DNA from: Neocallimastix sp. 'constans'
Lineage: Eukaryota
Direction of reading: 5' to 3'
NCBI GenBank assembly: GCA_050613775.1
Contig: JBODTK010000147.1
Location: 1-64,000, forward strand
Length of the DNA: 64,000 bases
Shown: positions 1 through 13,940 of the stretch, one piece after another
How the letters are laid out: each line of letters opens with the position of its first letter
Position numbering within the stretch: position 1 is the first letter of the stretch
Program-made: the position numbers and the translations under genes
The notes under the pieces: generated by a model
The model's input: the letters and a program-made list of their open reading frames with translations, nothing else
Databases searched by the model: none
Told to the model about the DNA's origin: nothing

Positions 1-1251
1 TCATATTATAATTATTAAAAATTATTTAAAAACTTTAAAATTAATTGAATTTGGATTTCATCATATCTTTTCTTTCTTTTCTTTCTTTTCTTTTTTCTTT
101 CCTTCCTGACATTCATCATCATCCCGCATATCACCTGGGATATCATGAGACCACACGTGATATTCATAAGGCTTTCCCTCAAATGATTTTTTCACCCTGA
201 TACTAACGCTTTGAATTGAAGCATAGACCTTGATGATTGTAAAATTTCCAATCGCCAATAATTACACCCACTAGGGAGGAGTTAATGATTCCGTTCTGAT
301 GCTCGTGGTCAATAGAGATATATGTAGGAACGTTAGGAATGCATTTCCGGGCAGTGTGTAACGAGATTGAGAGCGGCGAAGCTGATACAGTATGCCAATA
401 ACTCATCACCTTACATTTAATTAATAACTGTATGGCCATATTGGGAGATGGGTACCCAGTATGTGCAGTCTATGTTTATGAATTAAATTTTTTTTTTAAA
501 AAATAAACTTTACATTAATACCAAATCCTTCACATATTAAAATATACAATTTTCTATAAAAAGTAAAATTAAATCCTATCAAAAAAAAAAAAAAAATTAA
601 TTTATTAATTAATTTAAAATAAATAAATTAATAAATAAATGAATATGAATTTATATAAATTTATATATATTTATATATAAATGAATATATTTATATATAT
701 AAATATTTTTTTATTAATTTATTCATTTATTAATTTATTCATTTATTTATTTATTAATTCATTCATTCATTCATTTATTTATATATGTCTATTAAATAAA
801 AATAAATATATTAAATAATTATTAGATAATTATTAGTATTAAACAGAATGATTAATGGTAAGAATTAATTATTTTATATATATATCATAATTATTAATAA
901 ATAAAAAGTTTTAAATATACTTTAGAAGAAATAAACACTAAATTAAATAACAATTTGTAATTGTTAACACTCAATCATATATATAAATACATTTTTTTTT
1001 TGTATTGTTAATTATAAAAAATATAAAGAATTTTTGAAAAAGAAATAAAAACATATAAAAATATAAATATACATAATATATATATATTTGTAAAATAATT
1101 ATGTAATATTTCATTAGGATTAAAATTAAATATAAAATATTTTTAAATAAAACGCCATATATACCTACTCACAAATATCTAAAAATGAAATCTATTAAAA
1201 AAAAAAAAAAAAAGAGCATTAAAATAACTCAAAAAAGAAGAAATAAAAGCA

Positions 1252-1282
<31 letters not shown>

Positions 1283-1929
1283 AATTTAAATAAAAAACAA
1301 TAATAATAAATTAGTTTTTGCTTTTAGATAAATAATAAACGAACCTTTCTACTCTAATACTCCCTAATTCTACTCTCCTTTATCCATAGTTCAGACTTCT
1401 TTACTATACACCTTTATACAGATCCAAAAAAAAAAGCATTGAAAAAACTCAGGCTGCTTTTTTTTTAATCAAGGTTTATTTTAAAGTTTTGGGTTTAAAA
1501 ATAGAACCTCCAATACTACCATTGATAATATGTCAAAGGAACTATTTATTCCTCCTAATTTTTTTTTTTATACTAAAGCAATGAATCGAATGCTCTATAA
1601 ACTTTCTAGAGAAATATAAAAAGTTTTACCATGGGAAAATGTTTATCCATTATTATTATAAATTTTTGAAAAAAATAAAAAACTATATATATATATATCG
1701 TTATATTATTTTTATTTCCTTTACAAGACTAATACAAAAAAAAAATTAAAATTATAATTTTATGTATTAATAATCTAAATAAAATTTTTTTAAAGGTATT
1801 AAAAAAAAAAAAAATAAAAAAAGATATTAAATTTAATAATATATTTTTATTTAATAGTATCATGTTGTCTTTGATTATACTGTATAATTTATTATTTATT
1901 CATTTGTTCATTTATTATTTATTATTTAT

Positions 1930-3145
1930 TGTTAAGGAGTCACACCGAATGTGGTGTACATACAAAATAATAAAAATATATTTTAAAATAGAACATTTAT
2001 ATTAGGAAATGTGATATAATGATTAAAAGTTATTATAAGAAATTTTCAAGTTTTCCTATCACATTCGAATGAATTAATTCTAATGGCTTAATAGGATTTT
2101 TTTTTTTTTTTGAATTATAGAAAAAGGTTTTTTTTTTTTTTTATTTTTCAATTTGCTGATTTTGCATTGATGGCAATCTTTTTGCTATTATGATTTTTTG
2201 GTATGTTCTATAATAAAATTTTTGATTATCTTTTGTTAACTATAATAACCTAATCGAACATGCCATAATGTTATATTAATATTACAAACGTGTTTTTTTT
2301 TTTTTTTTTTTTTTTTTTTTTGAATTGATATGATATATTGGTGTTGGTGTTGTGTCAAAAGAAAATAAAATTTCATCATCTGCATAAATATTTGCTAAAA
2401 AAAAAAAAAAAAAAAAAAGATTGTTTTCTTTATATATTTATTAAACGATCTTAGATTATTGATATTTTTCCATTATTATAGTGCATCCATTTTTTAATAT
2501 TGAATGAGTTGATAAGTTGATATTTTAAATTATTTTTTTTAATATTTGACACGTAATTCATGTCAGATAATGAGAATTTATTGTTTTTAAATTTTTTCTT
2601 CATATTTACCTAAGTGTTTAATTGTATCTAATTTGCCATTTGGATAAATAATATTTTTTTTTTATTATTATTTATACTTTATCTCTATTCTTTAGATATT
2701 TTATATTTATTAGTTAAATTGATTCCTGTACCACTTATCAATAGTCCAATAGGTAAAAAAAATCATTATTATTATTTACATTGGTATTATTGTAATTTTC
2801 AACAATGGAAATATTACCAATGAAAATTAATGTAGGATTTTGTCTTCATTTTCATAAGTACTATCTTCATCATTTAAATTTATAGTTTTATGTTCTCAAA
2901 ATATTTAAAAGAACTTGACCAGATTGGTAAAGACGACCTTTTTAATCTCTGTATCATTTGGTAGGCAGTTTTTCCATCCACATAAATATTCTTGAGTTGA
3001 TTCATCAAGACTATTTATTATAATGGATTGAACTGTAACTATTATCTGATTTAATCTAATTTCTGTCCATATCTTGCATATTCAATTTTTTTTTTTTTTT
3101 GAAAATAAAAATATCAAAATCAATTGCAATTAAATGTCTTCTAAG
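1930..3145 (-). mobile_element. Heavily decayed, internally deleted Ty1/copia LTR-retrotransposon remnant related to the 38214-42812 element
   Basis: Starts at 1930 with TGTTAAGGAGTCA, the same terminus as the LTR at 42560. Minus-strand remnants: LELIHSNVIGKLENSYN (about 2030-2085; compare ELIHSDVVGKLETSYN at 40550-40598), protease-like SGTGINLTN (about 2710-2740) and gag-like segments (2910-3145) colinear with 41970-42190. Many stops and frameshifts. Confidence 0.75.
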
Positions 3146-4074
3146 TAGGCATGGTCCCCAACAGATTACGAAAATCCGGACTGACCGTCATACCACCCAC
3201 CCCTCTATCATTGGGAATAACAGAAATCATAATTAGTTTTGGAGATGGTATAATTAAGGAAATTGACCATATTATTTACAATTTGGATATAACTTAAGTA
3301 TCTAGACAGGTTTGTGCTGTTTTTTCCTAATATATGTCCAAAATACCTTAGTTTTGACCAGAGTCCAAGTCACCCACAAATTCATCATACTTAATCCAAT
3401 ATACTTACCCGTAATTGCTCTATCAACCCATTATCATAAAAACCCGAAGGGAAAACTGATAAGGTCATAGATATATTTATAATACTGAAATGTACATTAT
3501 AAGAAATCTTAATATTTTTTAACATTTATTCATCTAATCATTTATTTATTATTTATTCATTTATTTATTATAAATACTTTATATGGGTATATATATTAAT
3601 TATACATTAGCTATTATAAATGATACTTTTTTTTTTTTATTTCTACTATATATTATTATTTAGTTATAACCAAAATAAAACAATGAAAGTAAAAATAATA
3701 ATAAAAAAAAATACTATTGTCAAATATAAAAAATATATATAAAGTTCAGTTTATATAAAATGTTTAAAATTTATATAAATAGATATAAATAGATATAAAT
3801 AAATAAATAAATAAATAATATTTATAAATAATATTTTATAAATAAATATATAAATAAATTTTTATAATTAAATTTCATTATTAAAAGACTTATAATTTAA
3901 GTATAAAATAATTAATTGTTATATATAATAATCTATTGATTAATTTATAAAATTAATTTACTTTAAACTAAGGAGGTTGTCTTCTCTTTTATTATATTAA
4001 TAATTTTACAATTTTTATTTACTGTCAGTTTTATGACATCAGAAAAACTTATTCATACTATAGTATATAAATTG

Positions 4075-4112
<38 letters not shown>

Positions 4113-4307
4113 TAATATTAATTTTAAAAATAATAAACGAAAAAAAAAAAAAAAATGATGTTGGGTTGATATATATGCTAATCTTTTTAGAGGTTTTCTG
4201 ATAACAAGAGGCTCTTCAATATTTAAGTTATTTCTAAGAGAAAGAACAACCGAAAATTGAAAGTTTTCGAATACTGAAATTTCCAAGGTGTTAAAAAATA
4301 AAAATAA

Positions 4308-4345
<38 letters not shown>

Positions 4346-4752
4346 GTATGATTAGTTGATAATCCAAAGTTAAAAATTTTCAGGTATATATTATTTTTGT
4401 TTCATTAATGCCTGACACTTAACATAAAATAAATATCACTTCAAATAAGTTATCAATTCATTGAAAAGAAAGAATTTAATTAAATTAGTAGTAAATAGTA
4501 TTAAATATTATGTATTTCTTTTTTTTCTTTAAAAAAAAAAAAATAAAAAAAAAAACGATAATAATAAAATAAAATAAAACAAAATAAAAATCAAGAACTT
4601 CTTCCATTGATCCAATACTTTTATCATAACTTAAGAAAATATTTTTATAATTTTATTAAGTTTTTTTGTTTTGCTTTTGTTTTTGTTTTTTTTGTTTTGT
4701 ATATTAAATTTTAATTTAAAACTTTTGCCAATTTATTTTTTAATTATTATAA

Positions 4753-4787
<35 letters not shown>

Positions 4788-5657
4788 AAGATAGATATTC
4801 ATTATTGAAAATATATCATCAACTTTTGTTTTTCTGAATTTTAACAATGAAACCATGATATCAAATATAGAAGAAGAATGGCATGTTTTATTTTAAATAA
4901 TATTTTTATATAGAAATATTTTTTCAATAAACCTATTAACAAAATTGATTATTATATATATATTTCAATTATTAATTTACTAACAAGAATTCTTTTATTA
5001 ATAATTATTTAAATAAATTGAAAGAAAAAATAATTTAATTAAAATGGAAAAATATATATATAATATAAATAAATTATATAAATAAATAATATATAATATT
5101 TTAAGTAATATTTTTAGAATATATAATATATAATTAAATATTAAGTCAATATATATAAATTATTTATTAGTATTATTTTTTAAAATAAATTATAATTTAT
5201 TTTAAATATTTTTAATATTTAACAATTTTTTATATTTTTTTTTTTTTTATATTTTACAATTTTTTTTTTTTTTTTTAAAAAAGTTATATATAAACAATTA
5301 TTAATATTAATTTTTTTTTAAAATATAAATATATATTTTATTTATTCAATATATATATTATATATATATTTTTTTTTCAATATTATATTATTTTGTTTAA
5401 TATATTATATATAAAATATAATTTATATTTATATTTATATATATAATATTGATTAGTTAATATCATATATTAAAAAAATGAAATAGTTATATAGATAAGA
5501 TTAATTATTATATATATATAGGGAATTTTATTTGAATTTATTAATATATAATAAAAGAAATAAGAAAAAAAGGAAAAAATTTAAAGGAACTGGAAATAGA
5601 ATAGGAATTAATTTGAATATTCTATGAATATATTTATATTACTTAAATAAATATTGA

Positions 5658-8600
5658 TTAATATTTAACACCACAAACTTTTCCTTTGACTAATCCCCAT
5701 TTATTACCATTGTCGGAATGCACTTTAGCTTTTGGACAACAGGTATATCCGATCTTACTGAATTCACATTCTTCGACACTGACCATACCACACCAATTAG
5801 ATTTCTCTATTCCCCAACTTCCATAGGAATTCACTTTATAGATCTTTCCATTCTTTTTCTTACAACATGGATAACCAATCTTAGAGGCCCAACAGCCGTC
5901 ATCCAACTCTTCTATAATACCACACCACCTGCCTTTCTCTTTTCCCCATTTTCCATTAATATCTTCTAGTTTGACCTTCGTCTTGCTTTCCTTACAACAT
6001 AGAAATCCTAATTCTTCTGACCAACATTTATTTACTACTGGAATAGGTTCTGGTTCATCTACTGGGATTGGTACCTCGGTAGTTGCTTCTGGTTCATTGT
6101 CATCAACAGTGGTAGTGGTAGGGGGAGGGAGAGGGGTAGTGGTTGTGGTGACCTCTGTTTTATCCTTATCCTCCAAAGTAGAAGTAGATTCATCGACTGC
6201 GCCTGATGGTGTGGAGATGGAGGTAGCTGTCAATGATGCGGCTGGTTCTGTGGCGGCCGTAGTTTCACCAATAATATTAGTTGTTTGTTCAATTGTTGGT
6301 GCTGTTGTGGTTGATGCCGTGGTCACTGATTCTTCCTCCTCCTCCACTGGAACATAATAATAGTTATTGACGTAGATAGTAAAATTTTTGGCACTCATAT
6401 TTTGAATACTGACACGGTTGTAACCGCCTTCAATGAAGGGAACATCAATAGTGTAGGATTTCATTTTTTCAGTGGAGAGTTTACCAAGATTTTGAATTTC
6501 AATAAATTCATCACCAACTTTTGAATGAACCATAAATTTTAAAGATGCTGATGCTGTATCTGTTTTAAGATCAAAGTGGAATTGAGCTGCATTAAAAATA
6601 TCTTGGGAGTGAAGCGAAAATGCTCCGTATTTTTCATCGCTAAAGATTACTACAGCATTTCCTTCATCATCAAAGTTTAAGCTTTCAGTTTCCCATGACC
6701 AATTAGCCCAAATTGGATTAATCATATAGTCATCAGGCTTGACAAGATAGACAGCATTTTCTGGGACAGAATCATCCTTCTCCTCCTCTTCCTCCACTGG
6801 AGCATAATAATAGTTATTGACGTAAATGGTAATATTTTTGGCACTCATATTTTGAATACTGACACGGTTGTAACCGCCTTCAATGAAGGGAACATCAATA
6901 GTGTAGGATTTCATTTTTTCGGTGGAGAGATCACTAAGAGTTTGTATTTCAATAAATTCATCACCAACTTTTGAATGAACCAAAAATTTTAAAGATGCTG
7001 ATGCTGTATCTGTTTTAAGATCAAAGTGGAATTGAGCTGCATTAAAAATATCTTGGGAGTGAAGCGAAAACGCGCCGTATTTTCCATCGCTATAGATTAC
7101 TACAGCATTTCCTTCATCATCAAAGTTTAAACTTTCAACATCCCATGACCAATTAGACCAAATTGGATTAATCATATAGTCGTCAGGCTTGACAAGATAG
7201 ACGGCACTCTCTGAGACAGAATTATCCTTCTCTTCCTCCGCTACTTCTGTACTAACAAAGAAAAAGTTGTTCACCGCAATCGTAACATTTCGAGCTCCAT
7301 AATTTTGAATACTGACACGGTTGTAACCACCGTCAACCGAAGGAACTTCAATATCAAAGGATTCCATTTTATTGGAGGAATTAAGATTAAATACTTTAAG
7401 GGAAACAAATTCACCTTCATTCACAGTATGAACAATAAAATTGAAAGGTGCATCTTTATCATCGGTCTTCATTTCAAAATGGAATTTACCTGCATTGAAA
7501 TTATTCATGGTATGGAGAGAGAAAGCGCCGTATTTACCTTCATTAAATGAAATTACTTCATTTCCCTCCTCATCAAATTCAATATTTTGATATTCCCAAG
7601 ACCAGTTACTCCAATTTCCATCAATCATATAGGTTTCCGGTTTAATGATAAAGGATGAAGATGCCTCGGGCGTTTGGGTGGAGGTTGTTGGTTTTGAAGT
7701 AACGGTAGGAGTAGGATAGGTTGCCCCGGAAGGTAATTTACCTAAAACATAATCTAACATTTCAAAATAGATATCTTTGGGATACATATCTGAATCAAAT
7801 ATTAATGGAGTATTCTCAGCTCCAATCCATGATTCTGTATCATAGGCTCCCCAGACAGTGAAAACTTTACAGTTGTTATGATTAAAACAAGCCTTGAAAA
7901 TATTCATATAGACATCCTTTTGATCTTTGAGACTGTTACAACGAGCCATGGTTACGTCAATTTCAGTAACGTGAACTTCAACTCCAATTTCTTCATATCG
8001 TGAAATCAACAGGTAAAGATCATCATATGATGGTGCGTCATTACAAGAAACATGCATTTGAAGACCAACACCATCAATAGGAACCTCCTTTTCCTTCATA
8101 TTTTTAATGTAATTGAAAACTGCACCTGTTTTTCCATCAAAATTACCATTATTGGCTTCACAATAATAATCATTGTAAATCAATTTGACATTTTCATTGA
8201 TATTATCTCTTGCTAATTTAAAGATATCCTCGGTATACGTATCCCATCCCAAAAATTCATCACTAGTTTTTGAACCTGTACGTAATTGAATATCATTGGA
8301 GGTGGATTCATCCATAACTGATTCATTAATAACATCCCAATAGATAATACTATCATCATCACGATAATGATTTAAAACACTTTTAATGTAGTCAATAATA
8401 TAGCTTTTAGTAACTTCAATATCATCACTGTAGGTCTTAAACCAATTCTATTCATTGAATAAATAAATAAATAAAAATAAAATAAAATAAAATAAAATAA
8501 AATAAAATAAAATAAAATAAAATAAAATAAAATAAAATAAAATAAAATAAAATAAAATAAAATAAAATAAAATAAAATAAAATAAAATAAAATAAAATAA

Positions 8601-9401
8601 AATAAAATAAAATAAAATAAAATAAAATAAAATAAAATAAAATAAAATAAAATAAAATAAAATAAAATAAAATAAAATAAAATAAAATAAAATAAAATAA
8701 AATAAAAATGAAAAAAATATATAATTTATTTTAATAAAAATAAAAATAAAAATAAAAATAAAAATAAAAATAATAATAATAAAATTATATTATACAAATA
8801 TTGATTGAAAGTATTTACTGGTGAATTTGCTGGCCAGAAGAGATTATGACCACGATACTTGGCTCCAAATTTTTTTGCGTAGGACAATGACTGATCACAT
8901 TGATAGAAATTTCGGGTTTTAGAAGCTTGAATGGTATAGAATTTACATTCATTTCCTCCAACTATTATTTTTTTTTTTTTTTAGTGTTTTATTATTATTA
9001 TTATTATTATTGTTATTATTATTATATTTATTATATTTTTATATATTTATTATATTTTTATATATAAAATAAATATTTTTTTAATTGAATTTTTTTAATA
9101 ATATTTTATTTATTATATTTTATTTCTCTTCTTTTTTTTTTTTTTTTTAAAAAAAAAATAAAATTATTACTCTTTTTATTACTTTACCATGTAAATTAAA
9201 AGAAGAAACAATATCCTTATATTTTGGATTAGAGGAATAAGCAATCGATGTTGCTACACCAAAATAAAAATCTGGACGAACTTGTTGAATTACATCTGAC
9301 ATCTTCACCCAATATGGATCTCGCTTTTTAATAACCCCAGCTCCAGCTAGTGTCATTAATGCTAACAATTCAATAGTTTTAATCATCGGTTTCATTTTCA
9401 T
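5658..9401 (-). CDS. Secreted cellulosomal GH10 endo-1,4-beta-xylanase: signal peptide, GH10, Pro/Thr linker, 3x CBM29-like, Thr/Glu linker, 3x fungal dockerin; about 1048 aa. Exons 9401-9188, 8961-8819, 8447-5658
   Basis: Manual GT..AG splicing gives one continuous frame: ...SSFNLH|VGGNECKFY...YRGHNLFWPANSP|NWFKTY...YWDVINES...LIYNDY...IDGVGLQMH...VHVTEIDV...FTVWG. All are GH10 motifs, including the acid/base Glu (WDVINE) and the nucleophile Glu (VTEIDV). Three modules of about 150 aa carry NWSW...GKYGAFSL...RVSIQN (CBM29-like). Three C-terminal C-x5-G(Y/F)-x-CC...WG...CG dockerin repeats follow. Confidence 0.93.
5661..6030 (-). other. Three fungal non-catalytic dockerin (CBM10-like) domains
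   Basis: KCWSEELGFLCC...KWGKEKGRWCGI; GCWASKIGYPCC...SWGIEKSNWCGM; ECEFSKIGYTCC...KWGLVKGKVCGV. Confidence 0.9.
6345..7660 (-). repeat. Three tandem CBM29-like coding modules; copies 2 and 3 are nearly identical with a 450-bp period
   Basis: Segments at about 6345-6795 and 6795-7245 align at a 450-bp offset with few substitutions. The copy at about 7250-7660 is more diverged. Confidence 0.85.
8472..8705. repeat. (AAAAT)n microsatellite inside intron 2 of the GH10 gene
   Basis: Perfect pentanucleotide run of about 230 bp. Confidence 0.95.
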
Positions 9402-9686
9402 TTTTTTTTTTCCTTTTTTTTTTTTTTTTTTTAATTTTATTTTATTTTTAATTTTTATTTTTTTTTTTATTTTAAATTATTTTTTTTTTTGTTTTTTTAA
9501 TTTTTTAATCTTTAATTGTGATGATTTTATATAAAATTTTTATAAAAATTATATATAAAATTAAAAATATGATATATTTTTTAAAAAAAAATTTTTTTTT
9601 TTTAAAGAAAATTATTTTTATAAATTCTTTATATATTCATATTTTTATTTATTATTTACACATATTTTGTTTTTATTGAATATTTT

Positions 9687-9846
<160 letters not shown>

Positions 9847-9970
9847 AAAAATGATTTAATTCGTAATTAATTTTTTATCATTATATATATATATACAATA
9901 ATGATTTAATTCAGAAAAGATTAACCAATAACTTCTATTTTTACTTTTTTTAATGAAATTTGATATTTAA

Positions 9971-10002
<32 letters not shown>

Positions 10003-10159
10003 TTTTAATGAAACTTAAATTTATTGGAATAATCAATATATCAATATTTTTTTTTCTTTTAATTATTATTTATTTAATATATTATGGAATAAATAATTAA
10101 TAAATTTATTGGCATGATAAAAAAAATTTTTTTTTTCATTTATTATTTATTTAATATAT

Positions 10160-10287
10160 TATGGAATAATTAATTAATTAATAATATTTTAGATCAACAA
10201 TAATTATGGAATAATTAATTAATTAATAATATTTTAGATCAACAATAATTATGGAATAATTAATTAATTAATAACATTTTAGATCAA
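10160..10287. repeat. 45-bp tandem repeat, about 3 copies
   Basis: ATGGAATAATTAATTAATTAATAATATTTTAGATCAACAATAATT starts at 10161, 10206 and 10251. Confidence 0.85.
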
Positions 10288-11681
10288 TTATATTCATATA
10301 AAAATATAAAAACAGTAAAAAGAAAAAAAAAAATTAAAAATTAAAAAATAATATAAAATAAAAAAAGAAATAAGAAAAAAAAATAATATGTTTATTAATT
10401 TTTTTCTTTTTGCCTTCAAAAATATATTAAACATACATTTTATAATAAATTCTTTAATCATTATTATATTAACCAATGATTTAAATGTTAATTTAAATCA
10501 TAAAAATTAACTTTAATTATATTATTTTGTTATAATTCTTACACTTCCTTCTCAAAAATAAAATAATTAAAAAATTTAAAGGGTGTTATCATTAACTGTA
10601 ATTATAGTAGCTTTTCTTCAAAAACTGTTATGGTCTTTTTTTATTTTATTATCAAATGAGTCATTAAGCTTCATAATCCTTTGGAATACCAACTATTTAA
10701 TGATCAATATGTATAAAAAAAATGATCCAAAATGTATAAAAATTTTATTTGTAATCTCATTTAATATAAAATAAATTTTATATAACTATTTAATTTCAAT
10801 AATTATATAATAATAATAACACTTTTAAATTAAAAAACCTAAACAAAAAAAAATTATATTTTAAATTAAATTTAAAAGTTTACTTTTTTCTCTTTAATAA
10901 AAATTAAAAAATAGCACAATTTCATTATAAAAAAAAAAAAAGAAACATCTAAATAAATAAATAAAAAAAAAGAACTTTAGAAATTTAAATATATTTGGAA
11001 TATAATACATATATAAATAGAAGTAATATTATTAAAAAAAATGAACCAATACTAAAATGTATAAATAATAATAATAAATTATTTTATATTTCTTTGAATT
11101 TTTTTTTCATTATTCTATTTTTATATTTTTTTACTTAATATATTATATTTATAAATTACATATAATTCCACTTACTTTCTATAAATATTTTATTAAATAA
11201 ATATTTTTGTTTTTTCATTATTCTATTTTTATAATTTTTTTACTTAATATATTATATTTATAAATTACATATAATTCCACTTACTTTAACAAAAATATTT
11301 ATTTAATATAATATTTATGTAAATATTATATTAAATAAATATTTTTGTTAAATAAAACCTTTAGAATCTTTATTTATATATATTCTTAATATATTTTTAT
11401 AATCTAATCACTGTCTCCATTTAATTATTTCATTAATTAGTAGATCTAAAATGGTTTATATAAACGGTTTTTTACATTTTATTTTTATTATTCTTATTTT
11501 GTAAAATGATTAATTAAATTTTCTTATTATGTACATAATTATATTACCTATTTTAGTTATATAACTAATATTTTTTAAATAATTTAAAAAGATTTTTATT
11601 ATTGAATATAACATTGCACATAATAAATTAAAAATATATTAAAAATTTTATACCAAAAAATTTAAATTAAAATTTTAATTT

Positions 11682-11685
<4 letters not shown>

Positions 11686-11722
<37 letters not shown>

Positions 11723-12990
11723 TAATAATTCTTTAGTTACATGAATAAATTTTTTTTTTATTACTTTTTAATAATTCTCTAGTTACATGTATAAAGTTAC
11801 AATACATTGTTATAAGTACAGGTTCAAATATTTTATTGTAATTGGAAATAAAAATATTAGAAAAAATGTTTATTAAATAATATAATTAACTTTAGATAAG
11901 TTAAAATAACGTAATTAAATGAGCGTGTAAATAAATAATGTATATATGATGAGTAGTAAAGAATTGAATTAAAGATAAAGGAAACTTGAATAGGAATTTT
12001 GAAGTAGAAAGGTACATTTATATTGATTAAAATCCAAAGAAAAAGTTAACCGTATAATTTATTTTATAGTTCATGTTAGTAATAATTGGCTCTAAATTCA
12101 ATGATTTATTGAAAGGTATTCTATGATAAATAAGGTGATTAATGTTTAGTAGAAAGTTTATTCCAAGCTTAATTGTGGGATTTTTATGATGTCTTAAAGG
12201 TATAAAGTTCTTTGGTTTAGCAACAAGTATAGCTCATTTATTAATTCCAAGGATCATTTTATTTTTGATATCCCAATCATGAGCTTTATTTAAAAGGCGT
12301 TTAAAAGAGGATTTTTGCAAGGAATAACAAAAACAATATCATCAGCAAATAAGAGATCACATCACTTTTTTTTTCAGTAATCACATCATACTTCTCGCAT
12401 ATATTAAATATATTATTGATAAATATATTAAATAAAATAGGTAATAAGGGGTACTCTTGAAGAATATACCACGATGTATTGGAATTTTCTTTGAAAATTT
12501 ACCATTAAAATTTGCACCAACTTTTTAAGTAAGGTATAGATTAATTATGAAATGAAAGTATTTACCACTAATACAAATGTTATTAAAATTTGTAAGTGTA
12601 TTATAAATAGGAACAGAGTCATAAGCTTTTTTAAGATTGATTAATAAATATAAGAAATGTAAATTGATTATTAAATTTTCTTCTTTGGCAAATTTCAAAA
12701 ATGGAGACAAATATATTAATACATTCTTCTTTATTTCTTAAAACCAAACTGTTCTGATCTAGTAATTTCATGAGTAAATGCATAGTCGAAAATTCTTTTA
12801 GTTACAATTTTTTGACAGAATCTTTAATCCTACTATGATGAGTAAGATAATAAGTTAATTATTATAATATGAAAGATCACCTGTAGATCTTGCTTGAATT
12901 TCATCGCTTACTTCATTGGCAGTAACAAGAAGTTTCTTTACCATTGAATTAGAGTCCATATTATTATTTTGTTCAAATTTATCTAGTAAA
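11686..12990 (-). mobile_element. Decayed non-LTR retrotransposon (LINE) reverse-transcriptase remnant
   Basis: Minus-strand motifs LKKAYDSVP (about 12610-12636), QEYPLLPILFNIFINNI (about 12410-12460; compare QGCPLSPILFNLFIND) and LLFADDIV (about 12335-12358). A poly(T) tract at about 11686-11717 could be the poly(A) tail. Frameshifted throughout; boundaries are approximate. Confidence 0.85.
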
Positions 12991-13487
12991 CATGTGAATT
13001 TATTATGAGAAAAAAAATGTTTCATTAAAAAAAATAACAAAAAAAAAATTAAATATCAAATTTCATTAAATTAATAAATTAAAATATCAAATATTATAAT
13101 AATATTTTTATATTTCTAATTAATTTTATAAATCTCAATAAAATTTTATATATATATATTATACATCAAATTGCACTTAAAATAAAAATAAAATATAATA
13201 AACATTTTTAAATTTTTAATTTTTATTTATTTATTAAATTTCAAAATAAAATTTTATTTTAATTTCTTTTGTTTTATTTTTTTTTTTTTTTATTTTTAAT
13301 TTTTAATTTTTTATTTATGTATTTTTTTTTTACATATTCTTTTATTATTTTTATTTTTATTTTTATTTATTTTTATTATTTATCTTTTAAATAAAAATTT
13401 ATTATTAATTTAATCAATTTTATTCTTATTATTATTTTTTATTTTAAAGAATTTAGTTCTATTTTTTTTTATTTAATTCATTTTTAT

Positions 13488-13521
<34 letters not shown>

Positions 13522-13940
13522 TTTTTTATTTCTATTTTACTTTATTTTATTTTATTTAATTTTTTTTCATTTTATTTTATTTTTTTAACTATTTTAATTT
13601 ATTTTATTTTATTTTATTTTACTTTATTTTTTTAACTATTTTATTTTACTTTATTTCATTTTATCTTATATCTTATTTTGTTTTATATTTTTATTGTTGA
13701 TAATATTTTTTGTTTTTTATTTTTATTTTATTTCTTTTTTTGAATATTTTTATTTTTATATTTTCTAATATTAATTTAATTAATTTCTCTCATTTGGAAT
13801 TTATAGCTTCTTTTTTGTAATTTGATATTTTTATTTTATATTTATTTTATATTCATTTTTGGAATTTAATTTTATTACTTAGGATTAAGTTTAAAAAATG
13901 ATTTTTAATATTTTTTTCTAAAATTAATATTTTTATTATT

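Noticed and set aside
4107..4367. 86-aa Phe-rich ORF
   Set aside because: Driven by poly-A/T tracts, with no supporting motif.
5718..7550. Plus-strand ORFs 5718-5969, 5971-6357 and 7305-7550
   Set aside because: They are antisense shadows of the GH10 coding exon.
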